DNA from: Ginkgo biloba
Taxonomy: Eukaryota; Plantae; Ginkgophyta
Direction of reading: 5' to 3'
DNA: 20,840 nt
NCBI GenBank assembly: GCA_024626585.2
Contig: JANKJI020000004.1
Location: forward strand, 170,257,514-170,278,353
Part shown: piece by piece, positions 1-12,110 of the stretch
Numbering within the stretch: position 1 is the stretch's first letter
Layout: every line of letters starts with the position of its first letter
The notes under the pieces: model-generated
What the model was told of the DNA's origin: nothing
Databases searched by the model: none
The model's input: the letters and a program-made list of their open reading frames with translations, nothing else
Translations under genes and position numbers: made by a program

Positions 1-1330
1 TTTCAAATTTTATCTAGAGGTATACTCACATCAGAAGGATATATATATTATTGTTTAAGCACTAAAATATTAGAATCATTATATCATTAGGAAGGAGACC
101 ATTATTCACTCAAATCATTAACCTCTACATTATTTCAATAATAGGAAATGCTAGAAGATTGTAGGTTGGTAAAATGGATGGGCTACCTCTAGTAGTTTCA
201 CATAGTTATTAAATATAAGAAGGGGAATAAAAATATAATGGAATATTTTCTCAATGGCACACTAGTACATTTCTCACTGATGGCATTATACTCTTCTTAT
301 TAATCTTTCTTGAGTGAAGAGACTTGTGTTCAATTAATATGGATTTTTATTATATTTTAGATAAGTTGTAAGATCTTCTTATTATTAAAGAGGATTACTT
401 GATGGATTATCACCTCAAGGATGGGTTATTATATATACTTAGATTATTATGTGTTACTGGTGGTAGTTATCAACCTTGGTGGATTTGTGAGGAACATTAC
501 GTAAAAGAAGTAGGGCACTTTGGAATGTAAATGACCATGGCACGTATTTGGTACTAATTTTATTAGCTGAGGATGTAGCTGGATATGGATATATTTATTG
601 AATCATGTTCTTTAAGTTGAATTTCTAAGCCTTCCAATATGAAGGTTAGGAAGTATCATCCATTAACTAAATTAGATTGGCCATGGGAGTCCATATAAAT
701 GGATTTTCTTAGATGTTTACAGTGATACAAAAGGGTCATGATTACATAACTATAATGATAGATGGGTTCAAACAAAATCATTTATTAATGGAATGTTAGA
801 GGATAGTTTTAGTAGAATAGGTTACTAGTTTATTTTTCACCCATATTTAGACTCACTTCAAGTTATCATATTCTATTATGTTATATATGGATGGAAAATT
901 ATTGAGGAACTTTTGGACATATTTATGGGGGATGATGGGAAAGAAGTGTAAGAAGTAAACTTATTTTCATCCTCAAATAATTGGTCAAATGAAGGTTGTG
1001 AATATGACTATAGTATATGAATTATAAATTTATAAAATTTTTAGTCATCCCAAGACTTGGGATGTGTCTCTCCCTTATATTTAGTGTAACTATAATATAT
1101 CTCTTCATTACTCTATTGCCTTTTCTCCTTTTGAGGCTTGTTTAGGGTTCCTTCCTAAGTCTCCACTTGATTTGTAATTTTTTTTATTACATTTTATATC
1201 ATCTTCTTATGAGAAATAAGCTCATAGGTAGGGCACTCACTTTATAGAGAATATGAGAGAGTTTAAAAGTACATGCATAAGGACTTAGAGAAGGTTTAAT
1301 AAAGGTACAAGGAGACCAGTAATATACATC
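1..1330 (+). mobile_element. pol: Degenerate Ty3/gypsy pol remnant: RNase H C-terminus plus integrase (zinc-binding region and core)
   Basis: Manual translation across stops and frameshifts gives ALKY*NHYIIRKETIIHSNH*PL (from 59) and KWMGYL**FHIVIKYKKG (about 172-225), both RNase H. It continues with GHFG (513-524), PWESI*MDF (681-707), FWTYLWGMM, FHPQIIGQMKVVN and HPKTWD...SPFEACLGFLP, matching the gypsy integrase motifs GHFG, PWESISMDF and HPQTDGQTEVVN. Confidence 0.92.
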
Positions 1331-1661
1331 ATACAAATCAGCCATTCAGAAATCAGTCCACATTCTTAAGTATACCCCACCCACTGTGAATCAATGAACA
1401 ATTCACAAGAAGGGATCGAATAATAGCAATTTTACAATTAACATGCAATATAGCAAAATCATTATTGACCTCTTATTCTCGTCTACGAGCTTACTACAAC
1501 GATCTCAGCACTCTACAATGTAAAGCCGGAGCTAATCAGCACCGAAACATGGATCAGACTGTTGTTTCTGCTACAAACATCTCGCCCGGACTTACTCGTT
1601 TGAACGTCCTCGTTCAAAATTTTTGATCCCTGTTCCCGCTGCCTCTGCCCGCTCAAAAATT

Positions 1662-1784
1662 TTAACTTTCCCTTGTAAAAGTTGGTACCTTGATTCTGTG
1701 TTTACGTAACAAGTTTTCTAACTGCTCCACCTTCCACTTAGTGAACTCCAAATCCTTAGCAATGGTGACAACCTGTTGGTGTGC
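1662..1784 (-). CDS. Probable final coding exon (partial) of an unidentified gene, coiled-coil-like C-terminus
   Basis: Open frame from the gap edge to TAA (1664-1662): AHQQVVTIAKDLEFTKWKVEQLENLLRKHRIKVPTFTRES*. It is amphipathic and protein-like. It is followed by a 3'UTR-like stretch that retains CpGs, unlike the flanking TE DNA. The 5' part is lost in the 1786-1885 gap. Confidence 0.45.
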   Translation of the reverse strand, partial: AHQQVVTIAKDLEFTKWKVEQLENLLRKHRIKVPTFTRES

Positions 1785-1889
1785 TNNNNNNNNNNNNNNN
1801 NNNNNNNNNNNNNNNNNNNNNNNNNNNNNNNNNNNNNNNNNNNNNNNNNNNNNNNNNNNNNNNNNNNNNNNNNNNNNNNNNNNNNTTGG

Positions 1890-2020
1890 TTAGGATGGCA
1901 TATCACTTCTTATAGAGAAACACCCACTCCTATCAAGATGATCTCAAGTTCATTTAGGGAGGAAATGTTAATTTCTTTGGTTTCTTCCACATTCATGAGA
2001 TTAACCCCTTTGAATTCTTA
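1890..2020 (-). mobile_element. Degenerate gypsy (Tat/Ogre-like) linker just upstream of RT
   Basis: Minus-strand translation NVEETKEINISSLNELEIILIGVGVSL*E resembles the EETxEINLGTxExPKxIxIGxSLSxEE stretch that precedes RT in Tat/Ogre-type elements. Confidence 0.4.
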
Positions 2021-5000
2021 AGGGCTAAGTGGCAATAAGCCTTCATTAAGCTAAATAGCATGTGGCATAATGGGACTTGTATTGATTTATAAAATAGGTT
2101 GGGAGGCAAGAGGTCCACGATCAATAGATGCATATATAAGATCTCCTTCGACATATTAATAATATTTTTATTGGTATTTTTGCTATGGATCTATCTAAGG
2201 AGTTTTGTCTCTACACATGAAGTTAAGAATTATCTCATCACTATCAAACACACACAAAGTTGAGGATTAATTGATTTCAAGAATATAGATATAATAGATA
2301 ATATCCTCTTATGGTGGAGGGATTAGAAAAATGTCAACCAAAAGTTCAAAATATAACGGTGTTGGAGAAAGTCTTGAACTTAGTTTTTTTAAGGAGAAAT
2401 ATTTTGAGTAGGTTAAGATAATTTGATGGTCGTGGGGATGGAGATTATAGAGTTTGAGGAGGTAATGATGATAGTATAGTTGTGGTGGAATGGTGGGTGG
2501 ATTTTGACTTCATGTTGGTGGAGATGATGGAGGTCCACTTAGTGGTGATTGAGGAGGTGGCATGAATGGTTGATGTAATTACTAAGGTAATTAAGGAGGT
2601 GGATGAAAGGTTAGTGTTGGTTTCCAAAGGAAAAAGGATGCCTTATAGGTATAATTAGAGGAGAAATATTTGGGATACCAATGAGAGGAGAAGAGATGAG
2701 ATTAGATATAGAGAAGAAGTTGTTTGATGTAAAATATAGACCATAATAAACTATATTTTGATAGATATTATAAAATAAAATAAGGATACAGTTGCAAGTA
2801 ACGTATCTTTTTCTGAGATTACCAATGGATAATTAGAGGTTATGGCTATTGGTGTTCTTAGGATGCTTAAAGTATAATATATTACCAATTTATTAGCTGA
2901 GTGGGTAAGAATAATGTATGATGCATTACAAAATAAGGTAAAGTATAACCTTGCCCAATTCTATGCTGATAATTTATTTTTAGATATATACCTTATAAAT
3001 ATTGGCATTTAAAAAATGTTTAGACACTCTTCTATATTTTTAATTTTAGCATTATCAAGGTATCCTTTAAGGAAGTAAATTTTGACAAGGAAGTGATTCA
3101 TACATCCAAGGTATTGTATGTTGAAGAAATTGTTATATGGATGGAAATCTAAATATTCTTATGAGAAGAATAAGGTTGAGATTGCTAATGTATATTATAT
3201 AATGATTAAGGATTTTTAAGAAAGAATATATGTTAGTAAGAAAAGGGCAACCGAGGTTATATAGTTGTGTCTAAAAAAATTACAACTTTAGATATTTTTA
3301 AGAGGAATAAATATAGAATAATAAAGTGTGTTCCTATCTAGGGCCTTTTAAGAAATTTCCCAAGTTTTTTACAAAGAGTATAGTGTCTGATGAAATTATA
3401 AGGTAATTAAGCACATATGACTTGCAGTTTTGGGAGTAAAGTAAGAAAATCCCTAGAGACATAAAAAATGATGAAACGGACATCTAAAACATGAAGATCT
3501 TCAAATGGATATGTAAAAAATGTGAANNNNNNNNNNNNNNNNNNNNNNNNNNNNNNNNNNNNNNNNNNNNNNNNNNNNNNNNNNNNNNNNNNNNNNNNNN
3601 NNNNNNNNNNNNNNNNNNNNNNNNNNGTTCTTAAAAAACCTTTTAGCTAACTAAACTTGTGCACTTGGTTATAAGCTATTATTTAGTGAATTTTAAGGTT
3701 AATTTTAGACCCTTTTAACCTTTATATTTAGTAATTTCTTATTCTAACTCTTAATTTAGGCATATGTTATGTCTATAAATATAATATAGTTAATTAGAGT
3801 ATTCATAAAAATTTTAAGATAAGTTATAAGACCTATAACAAAGAAGAAGGATTCAAAGCTTGTGTACCTTAGGAAGAGACAAATGAAGGAAAGGATAAAT
3901 TGATAGAAATTTAATTGAACAATAATTTGAGTTATAATGACATTAGATATTTTAGAAATGTTCAAAAGACAAGTTTCGAAAGGATTCTAACAAAAAATCT
4001 CAAATAAGGAATATGTGTTATGATAACCATAGTGATGAAATATATCAACAAGACTAGGNNNNNNNNNNNNNNNNNNNNNNNNTATATCCAAAAGAAACAA
4101 AGAAAAAATATTCTTTAGAAAGGTCCTAAAAATAGCTAAAGAATAAGGGATAAACTATTCAAAATAAGGAGTAATCTCAAATCTCCACAGGAAAATAACT
4201 AGTAAGTTCAAAAATTAAAAATAAGGAGAATAATGTCTTTAAGAAGATGGAAAAGGAAAAGGAACTTGTAGTAGAGTTTTAAAAAATTAATCCTACTAAA
4301 GGGAAAAATAAGGATTTAGACCAAGATACCTTAGGGGAATTCATAAAGAAAAGGGATATACAAATACTCCCCAAAGGACAAGAACAATATTAAAAAAAAT
4401 AGAAATTATTTCAAATGGAAACACAAATAATAAAAATACTATGAAAAATATAGTAATGTGAGGGAACATTTCCTAAGGACCTAGTGGTGGTGATGAGCCC
4501 CGATAAAAGAGATTGAAGTTAACTAATCCTCATGCAATTAAAATAATAAAGCTTGAAGAGGGAAATGTTGAATATGATACTACAAAATAGCATCAAATTT
4601 TGAATAAGGTTTCATAAGAATAAACAATTATTATTCAAGTCTTCATTAAGACTAATCCATAAAAAAGTACACAATGGACATCAATGGAAAAATCCTAACA
4701 AAGTTTACAAAGTGGAGTGAGTATGAAAAATTTGGCAACTAATTCAAAAGAAAAAAAAAATAATGTAAATATAGGTGGATATACATGTATAGACAATTCA
4801 TAATATAGAAAAAGGTGTAGATTTAGGTGGTCACATTGACTCACGATGCATTGACAAAACATAATATCAAAAAATATATCAAGTCTAGACAAAAGTATAA
4901 GAATAAGAACAAATTGAAATTGGTGAGAAAAAAAATCAAGGTAAGTCTAAGGAATAACATAAATAAATAACCATGATCACTAACTAAGAAATAGCTAAAT

Positions 5001-5218
5001 TAAATTTATGGTTTCCATAACCTTTTAAAAATGTTCCACCAATGCAAGAATTTATAGATGCAAAGTTGAATAATCTTATGGTATTCATACTGTTGAATCA
5101 TAAAGAACATATATACTTTTATGTTAAGGATTCAAATAATATGAAAACAACTATATTAAATCCTATGGTAGGTTCATAAAATAAAATTAAGAAGTTAGAT
5201 CTTGAGAATATGGAATGT

Positions 5219-5661
5219 TGTGTAAATATAATAAGGCTTAAAAACCCCATTTGTGGCATTAATTGGGCCCCAAATTAAGTATCCCTTAATAAAAGTAAAA
5301 ATAAGGGAAAAAAAGGATTAATAAAATACCCAAAATAAGGCTCTCTAAATTAAGGGACACTTAGAGTTTTTGTAAGTGAGTTGGAGCCTACATTTGAAGA
5401 GGTGTGACCCTTGGAGTGAAACACACTTAATTTATCCTATAAAAGAACATTCTCTCTCATTTATTATCATTAATTCAATCATTGATTATTATTTTTTATT
5501 CTAATTATGAGAAATTATATTTTAGGAGTAGAGTGATCCTCTTTCTATTTGGAAAAGAAGGTGCTTCCCTCTTCTACTTGGAAGGAGGCACTTGCTCTTC
5601 ATCGTGGATAACAGAGTGTTATCTCTCTCTCTAGCATTATATTGCATGATTATGGATTTGA
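5219..5661 (+). mobile_element. Probable LTR fragment
   Basis: Starts with TG after a purine-rich run. Contains gaggtgtgacccttgg and a TATA box (cctataaaag, TATAAAA 5438-5444) followed by a CT-rich segment, as expected for U3/R. Ends at a gap; no partner LTR is seen. Confidence 0.4.
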
Positions 5662-5959
5662 NNNNNNNNNNNNNNNNNNNNNNNNNNNNNNNNNNNNNNN
5701 NNNNNNNNNNNNNNNNNNNNNNNNNNNNNNNNNNNNNNNNNNNNNNNNNNNNNNNNNNNNNAGAATTAATTAATGGAAGAGAATTGTAGCCACTATGTCT
5801 AGTACTGAACACCTCAACAAAATTAACTACAACTACTCCTATAATAGGTAAGTGGGTGATTATTTTTTTTGGATAAAGATAAAGTATATTGTAATGCCAA
5901 ATCAACTATGGCCTCTACTATTATTCATCCCCCCAAGGTTAAATAAATAAATTAGTTTG

Positions 5960-6450
5960 TGAAAAATTGGGGAAATGTCATTATGTCCACTAGATTCTTG
6001 GGTCAAGGCTAGATGTCAATTTCCCTCTCTTCTGAGGATGGTGTAGATGATACTTTATTATGGTCCATGTTTTTGCGTGGGGTTGATTTTGATACTCAAG
6101 ATATAGGATGTGGACTTTGACCCCTTAATGNNNNNNNNNNAAAAAAAAATAAGTACCCTATATGGGTGAATCTCCTAGGCTTGCCCCTACATCTTTGGGA
6201 GTTTAGGGAACACATTGTCACCCTTGTAGGTAAGGTTTCTCTTTGTTTATTGGATATGCAATTCAATACTTGGCCTACCATTAGGGTTTGTATTGAGGTT
6301 GATCTCTCTAAACCCTTAGTGGAGGAAATTTGTATCTTGATGGTATTGGAGTGTTTGGAGGAAATTTTTATGTAGAAGGTTTCCTATTACAATGACCCTC
6401 TTGCATGTTTTCATTTCCATAAGTTAGGACACTTTGTGAAATATTTACCT
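5960..6450 (+). mobile_element. LINE (plant L1-clade) ORF1 remnant, DUF4283 plus zinc knuckle
   Basis: A GP(W)F...DFDP-like segment at about 6060-6125 is followed by PIWVNLLGLPLHLW (6157) and RVCIEVDLSKPLVEEI. After a frameshift comes *KVSYYNDPLACFHFHKLGHFVKYLP (to 6450), a decayed CX2CX4HX4C knuckle. These are the signature motifs of plant LINE ORF1. Confidence 0.88.
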
Positions 6451-7375
6451 ATGTAGGGTCCTCATTTGAAAAGTGAGAAAAAAAACTTAGAAAATAAACA
6501 ACAATCTTAATCGACCTCACATAGTATTCCAACTTCATAGGGAGCCTCTTATAATACTAAAGTTGTAAACCCCATGTAGTTGATCTATCATGTTCAAACA
6601 TTTGCAACATTTTCTCCTGATATTGAAAATTCTAGCCTTAAAGCGGCCCCATAGGTGCCAGTCTCTAAATCATCTTAGGGTTGTGAAAACCCTAAGGTGG
6701 CTACCTACATGGTGTCCTTTGAAATTTCTCCTAAAAAACCTTCTATTGAGTGGTTATTGTAAACTAAGACTATTAAAGTATGGGATCCATTTATTATGTA
6801 GACCATAATGAAGGGGGATTACAAATCATAGATATCTAAGCTTAAGGATTAGATCTAGCTTATAAGTGGATTGTGCATAGTATACAAATGGGATAATATC
6901 TATCAAGAGATTGTTTGGTTTATAATATAAGGTTTATTACTAAGACTCAATTTATGGAANNNNNNNNNNNNNNNNNNNNNNNNNNNNNNNNNNNNTAGTG
7001 GAAATTATCAAAATCAAGGTGAAAGGTTTAATGGTTTTTAGGGTTGTTTGAAAACATGGAAAAGGTAAAAATGATTCCTTTAGTGGTAAGGGTAAGATGA
7101 TACTAAAGGACTCTTTTATCTACAAAGTTAATATTCATCACAAGGCGTGTTAATGGTTTAATAAAGTAATCATAGTTGTCCAAGACCTAAACTTATATAC
7201 CTAGAATTCATTTTTCTTATAAGACTTCTAATACATAAGAGCCCTTCATAATAGTCATGTGAACATATTTCACAAAATAAATTATTTCCATCTAATTTTT
7301 TATAGGACACATAGATTCCTAGAACTTGGTCTCATGGAGGTATATCCTTGGAGGGATATGACCAAAGGGAATGCC

Positions 7376-8191
7376 ATGTGGGGGTATTTCCTTTTTATTA
7401 ATTATTAAATAATATTTTTATCCACCATTAGTTTCTCCTATTAGTTGCCATAGTTTTATTAGTTCACATGTGATCCTTACATGGATAAGACCCTTAGCAG
7501 ACTATAATAGAACTTAGTTGATAGAGAAATCTTGCACAATTGCATGAATGGTACATAATCATGATGTGCATGGATCTCCACTATATTTTGATTTCCTTTG
7601 GGGTCCTTATAAGGATTCCATGGGCTATGTATCTTATCCATATTCATGTATTATTATTCTGATTGAATTGTTTCGAGTTTGAAGTTTAATCTTTTGTTCT
7701 TTTGTATTATTGTATTAATTTCTTATTAGATTCTTTATCTTGTTTATAATCTTTCTTATTTTCACATTCGTGTTCATGCAGGTAAAAATTATGACCATCC
7801 TTGAGAAATGAAGTTGCATTTGTAGAAGCTACATGTTGATAGGATGGGAAAATTTTTATTTTGGCTTTGAGAAAAAGGTGTGGTGATCCTTTAGGAGAAG
7901 GAACAACATCTAGTAGGAAATGCATATTGCCTTATAGGAGAAGTCACACTGTTTAAGAGAAGATAAATGCTTGACTATGTACAACCTAAAAGTCATTTGA
8001 GAGCCAAATTTTATAGTTGGGGTTAAATTTATGCTTTAAACCTAAAACATTAAGGTTTCTTATACCTTCTTGACCTATCTAAGTAGATTAGTTGGTTGTA
8101 GATAGTGTATTTTCTTAATGTAAATTGAATTCCTCTTACTTCCACTTATATGAGAACTCTTAAGTTATGAATTTCACCCAATGTTACATCA
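7376..8191 (+). mobile_element. 5' LTR of a gypsy element (left boundary approximate)
   Basis: Ends in ...tacatca (8191) directly before a PBS. 7750-8200 is colinear with 13495-13910, sharing atgcaggt, aagttgcat.tgtaga, tttgagaaaaaggtg, ctttaggagaaggaa and ccaaattttata.ttgggg. Confidence 0.75.
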
Positions 8192-8193
8192 AT

Positions 8194-8205
8194 TGGTATT
8201 AGATC
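8194..8205 (+). promoter_or_regulatory. Primer-binding site (tRNA-iMet), degenerate
   Basis: tggtattagatc vs consensus TGGTATCAGAGC (10/12), 2 nt after the LTR end CATCA. Confidence 0.75.
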
Positions 8206-8284
8206 TAGGTTTTGATCTTGGGTTGGAAGTGTTTTGTTGATTTATTTCATTTTAAATTTTTCTTTCTATTATTTTGGAATTATT

Positions 8285-8395
8285 ATGATCAACACAAAAT
8301 CCATGCTAAGGACTATAAGGAAAGTCACATATATGGATAATATTTTTTACCAAGTTCAAGCACTAATTGAGTATCCTACATTTTTAATTCATCCA
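8285..8395 (+). mobile_element. gag: Truncated gag N-terminus
   Basis: MINTKSMLRTIRKVTYMDNIFYQVQALIEYP lies downstream of the PBS. It has an MVNTRS-type start and is homologous to MVNTYSMIMTIDHVQIMENFFD*VDAPVQ at 14040. Confidence 0.55.
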
Positions 8396-8680
8396 TGGGT
8401 ATGCATTTGGAGGATTGACGGTGAGAGAGGGCCAAAACCAAACGTCGGGAGGATCATCATCCAATTAAACCCCTAACTCTACTAAGATATTTTCATCTCG
8501 AGTGCTAGAGCAGTGGAGTGTTATGGTAATGAGGTTCCGATTCCCCTAATGACATAAACACAAGATGAAAACAAACACAANNNNNNNNNNNNNNNNNNNN
8601 NNNNNNNNNNNNNNNNNNNNNNNNNNNNNNNNNNNNNNNNNNNNNNNNNNNNNNNNNNNNNNNNNNNNNNNNNNNNNNNN

Positions 8681-9260
8681 GCACATCATACTCTAGTACA
8701 CTTCTCTCTCTTGGCCTTAGGTTTTAAAATTATTTGAATAGTCTCTGGCCATAATCTATGGGTAAAAAAATTTCCTTAAGATTATCTACCATATTTTTCC
8801 ACATTTGGATTGTCTCCTTATTCTTTTGGGATCTCTCTTTCTTCTTCCACCACATAGTTGTATGTCCTTCATTCTAGTGCATGCAAATTTCACTTTTGTA
8901 GGATCTTCTATTTTCTCCTAACTAATTATTTCTCTATTATTTTGACCTGATCTAACAAATATTTGGTCTTCAAACTACCACTAAATCTTGTAACCTCCAC
9001 TTTTTCCCCACTATGGTTATTCTTCAGTAATATAGACAATAGATCTTCTATGTTTCGTCCTCGTTGTTCTGGATCTTTTCATTTAGGTTCAGAATCCTCA
9101 TCATCATCCATGGGCCTTCATCTCCTCAAATCATTATAGATATACCCTACCTTTATCACCAAGGTATACACTATCTGAATGGATTCCTTATCCATGCAAG
9201 GTTCCATCTTAAGTTCCTACTACTAGCCGATGTTTTCCAACTATCTTCTTAATGAGAAAC
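8681..9260 (-). mobile_element. gag: Degenerate Ty3/gypsy gag (CRM/chromovirus-like)
   Basis: Minus-strand translation KVEVTRFSGSL...LLD...EKIEDPTKVKFACTRMK / MWW / IQMWKNMVDNLKEIFLPIDYGQRLFK*F*NLRPRERSVLEY matches the Retrotrans_gag core (A.xWW...W..M...LK..FLP.DY...L...LQNLRQ...SV.EY). Confidence 0.88.
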
Positions 9261-9263
9261 TAC

Positions 9264-9275
9264 ACTTTGATATCA
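9264..9275 (-). promoter_or_regulatory. Primer-binding site (tRNA-iMet), degenerate
   Basis: The plus strand reads actttgatatca vs gctctgatacca (9/12, all transitions). It sits between gag and tgatg at 9278. Confidence 0.7.
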
Positions 9276-9277
9276 AA

Positions 9278-9800
9278 TGATGTAGGTGATCTCTCTTTGT
9301 AGGGTCACACATCAATGATTAGGGTGCTTGAAGGTATTTCATCCATAATTTCATGATAAAACTAACAACATATTTTTCTACCTCCAGGATCTTAGTATAT
9401 AAACCTCACCAATGGAATCATTAAACGCTTGACTAGGTTGTTGGGATCTATCTTATTAACGATCACACTCATCGACACTAAAGTAGAAAATTAAATAAAA
9501 TAAGAATGTTAGACTACCCAGGTACTTGAATAATCAATGGAATCAATATAAGAAAAACTTAACATGTGAAGGCATGCAAAGAAAATGATAAAAAAAATTT
9601 TAATTGAAGAAACCCTCTTGGGGAATAAACCTCCAAATATCATTAATCCTTAATAATATATTATTACAACAACCCAAAATTCGCTCTTCCTCACTATCAA
9701 AGGGTCATTACAATAGTTTATAATTCCCAATAGTAATCATAATAAATATCCCAATCCCTCAAGTTGTCTCTGTCAATTATTCTACTCAGGTCTACTTAAT
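9278..9800 (-). mobile_element. 5' LTR of the minus-strand gypsy element (far boundary uncertain)
   Basis: tgatgtagg at 9278 reads ...cctacatca on the minus strand, adjacent to the PBS and upstream of gag. Confidence 0.6.
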
Positions 9801-10799
9801 CTTGAATCGTCCTTATGAGCTACCTCAACTCTATGATTTGCCCAATATTCTTGTTCACATACACAAATTCATTAGTTGGCTCTAAAATTTTATGCCCTCC
9901 AAGTGCTTGCAATCTCCATTGCACACCAATCTCCCTAGACTGTCTCACACATGGAATTTCTGGAGGATTCTCTCCTACCTTATGATTTTCCTCTTTATCA
10001 TTCTCCTCAATTATATTGCTAGATCCTCTTTGCTTATTCATAATTTCCTTATTCTCTAGTATACCATCTCTCTTCTGGTATTNNNNNNNNNNNNNNNNNN
10101 NNNNNNNNNNNNNNNNNNNNNNNNNNNNNNNNNNNNNNNNNNNNNNNNNNNNNNNNNNNNNNNNNNNNNNNNNNNNNNNNNNNNNNNNNNNNNNNNNNNN
10201 NNNNNNNNNNNNNNNNNNNNNNNNNNNNNNNNNNNNNNNNNNNNNNNNNNNNNNNNNNNNNNNNNNNNNNNNNNNNNNNNNNNNNNNNNNNNNNNNNNNN
10301 NNNNNNNNNNNNNNNNNNNNNNNNNNNNNNNNNNNNNNNNNNNNTTCTCTCCCAAGCACTCCTTCCTCTTCATCCTCTAGTTGCATTTAATTTGGGTAGG
10401 TAAATTATATCATTGAGTCATCCAGGATTACTTTCTCACTTCCATTTGATCAAGTTCATCCTCTTGTCGATGACCTCCATCTATCATTGTCACTCCTCTT
10501 ACCTGATGATGTTGGTACTCTTTTAATATTTCTTTGATAGTGTCAGTATCCTTTGTAGGGATTATCCAACCAATGAAGCCAAAACTAAAATACTTGTTGG
10601 TCTTGTCAAAACACTACTAATATGTCAGCTTGCTCTATTTTAAAAAATTATGCACTTTGTCAGAGTGTTGCCAAGATGCTCATGCATTAGAGGGTCTCTT
10701 GACCCCTTACTGTTATTCCATTTTGGTACTTCCTCTCTATGATGTAGCATTCAAGCCTTATCTACTTCAATCAACCAAGTTCCAAAATTAGATGTCAAC

Positions 10800-11512
10800 A
10801 ATTATATTAATGATATTATATATGATGTTGTTCATATGGATTGTACTACTGTTTTACTAGGCATTCAATTTATTCATGATAGAAAGTATAGGCTAATTCC
10901 CTACCAAGGAAAATGTTGATTATTTAAAGATGAAAAATATTTCATTATAACATCTATATATATGGCTTAATCCTTTATTTTGGTTAATGGTTCTTAAGCC
11001 AAATGATTGGTTCAAGCTTCACATAAGTTTTTCCTAGTCTTATTTAGGAAGTCTAAAGAGTCTAGTTTTGAGACTTTGAAGTAGTTGGAATATGCCATAT
11101 TTGATGTAAAATATGAACAATAATTAAAATAAATTTGTAAAGAGTACATAAATATGTTTTATCCTCCTAAAGGCCTTCCACCTGAGAGGGATATTTCTCG
11201 CTTTATAGACTTAATACCTACTGCTTCACTTCCAAATGGTATTTTGTATCATAAGCCAGTTGTAGAGAATAAGAAAATAAAGCATACATTAAGAAACTTT
11301 TAGAGAAGGAGAATATTAATACTAGAGCTTCACCATGTGGATCTCCCATCTTTCTTGTTTTGAATAAGGATGGTTCATGGAGAATGTGAATAGAATTCTC
11401 AGCCATTAATAAAATCATAGTAAAAATTTGGTATCCACTATCTCAGATCGATGACCTTCTAGATCAAATTTAGAGAGATTTCTTCTTCAACAAGATTGAC
11501 CTCAAGTCAGGA
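10800..11512 (+). mobile_element. pol: Degenerate Ty3/gypsy pol: end of aspartic protease plus N-terminal reverse transcriptase
   Basis: YDVVHMDCTTVLLG (protease end), GLPPERDI..FIDLIP (11172), and SPCGSPIFLVLNKDGSWRM*IEFSAINKIIVKIWYPLSQIDDLLDQI...FNKIDLKSG, cut by the gap at 11513. Confidence 0.95.
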
Positions 11513-11612
11513 NNNNNNNNNNNNNNNNNNNNNNNNNNNNNNNNNNNNNNNNNNNNNNNNNNNNNNNNNNNNNNNNNNNNNNNNNNNNNNNNNNNNNNNN
11601 NNNNNNNNNNNN

Positions 11613-12110
11613 AATAAATTACTATTAAGGGTGTTGACACTTGTAAATGAAGGACTCCCTTGTCTCCTTATAACAATCCTTGTAACTCCTTAGATTATCA
11701 TTTCATAATACACCAATAGCAGGTCAACTTTATTATGATGATCAAATTTGTATGTGTGGGTGTAATTACTTCATGGGGTAGAGTACCCACTACATACATC
11801 CAAAAATAGGAAAGGAAAATATAAATTTGTTATTTTTATTTATATTTAGGCTTTAAAATATCTGTGGCCACCTCAGAGGGCATCAATATCAATCAAAACA
11901 TTGATCTACACACAGGTATCCAAAATTCATGACTCATTAAATGGTAAAATTTGTCAGTCATTAAGAAGGATGCTGGTATTTAGTTATATGAACTTCTTCA
12001 ACTAAGAGAAACTAAAATTTGACACTTATAAATGTTTTTAAAAAGTAGAAAAAAACTATCAAAAACTCCAAAAAAAAAGTTAGCCCCTTTCTTCCACGTG
12101 GCAGGGCTTA
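11613..12110 (+). repeat. Dispersed repeat, copy 1 (inverted relative to 18690-19195)
   Basis: Its reverse complement shares ordered blocks with 18690-19195: ataaggaga.aagggagtcct, tcaacacccttaata, tagtggg......ccccat, ttga...ccct..gaggtg and cac.tgg.agaa(a)ggggctaa. Confidence 0.7.

Noticed and set aside
2445-2627. Ser/Thr/His-rich 60-aa ORF
   Set aside because: Low-complexity by-product of GGT/GAT-rich DNA, probably decayed retroelement; no motif.
2890-3060. Plus-strand peptide LLAEWVRIMY...KYNLAQFYADNLF...FRHSS, reminiscent of accessory ORFs in some LTR elements
   Set aside because: Resemblance is vague, it is interrupted by a stop, and I cannot name a defined family.
3900-5200. A-rich stretch that looks like a decayed K/E-rich coding region
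   Set aside because: Stops in all frames and no diagnostic motif; probably TE internal sequence but not supportable.
7200-7300. Minus-strand NLFCEICSH..., possible gag zinc knuckle
   Set aside because: Cys/His spacing does not fit CX2CX4HX4C and there is no supporting context.
7707-7925. 72-aa ORF
   Set aside because: Antisense to an LTR, with no matching ORF at the homologous position of the second LTR copy.
8400-8580. Short CpG-retaining patch
   Set aside because: No sustained ORF on either strand; most likely the leader of a younger retroelement.
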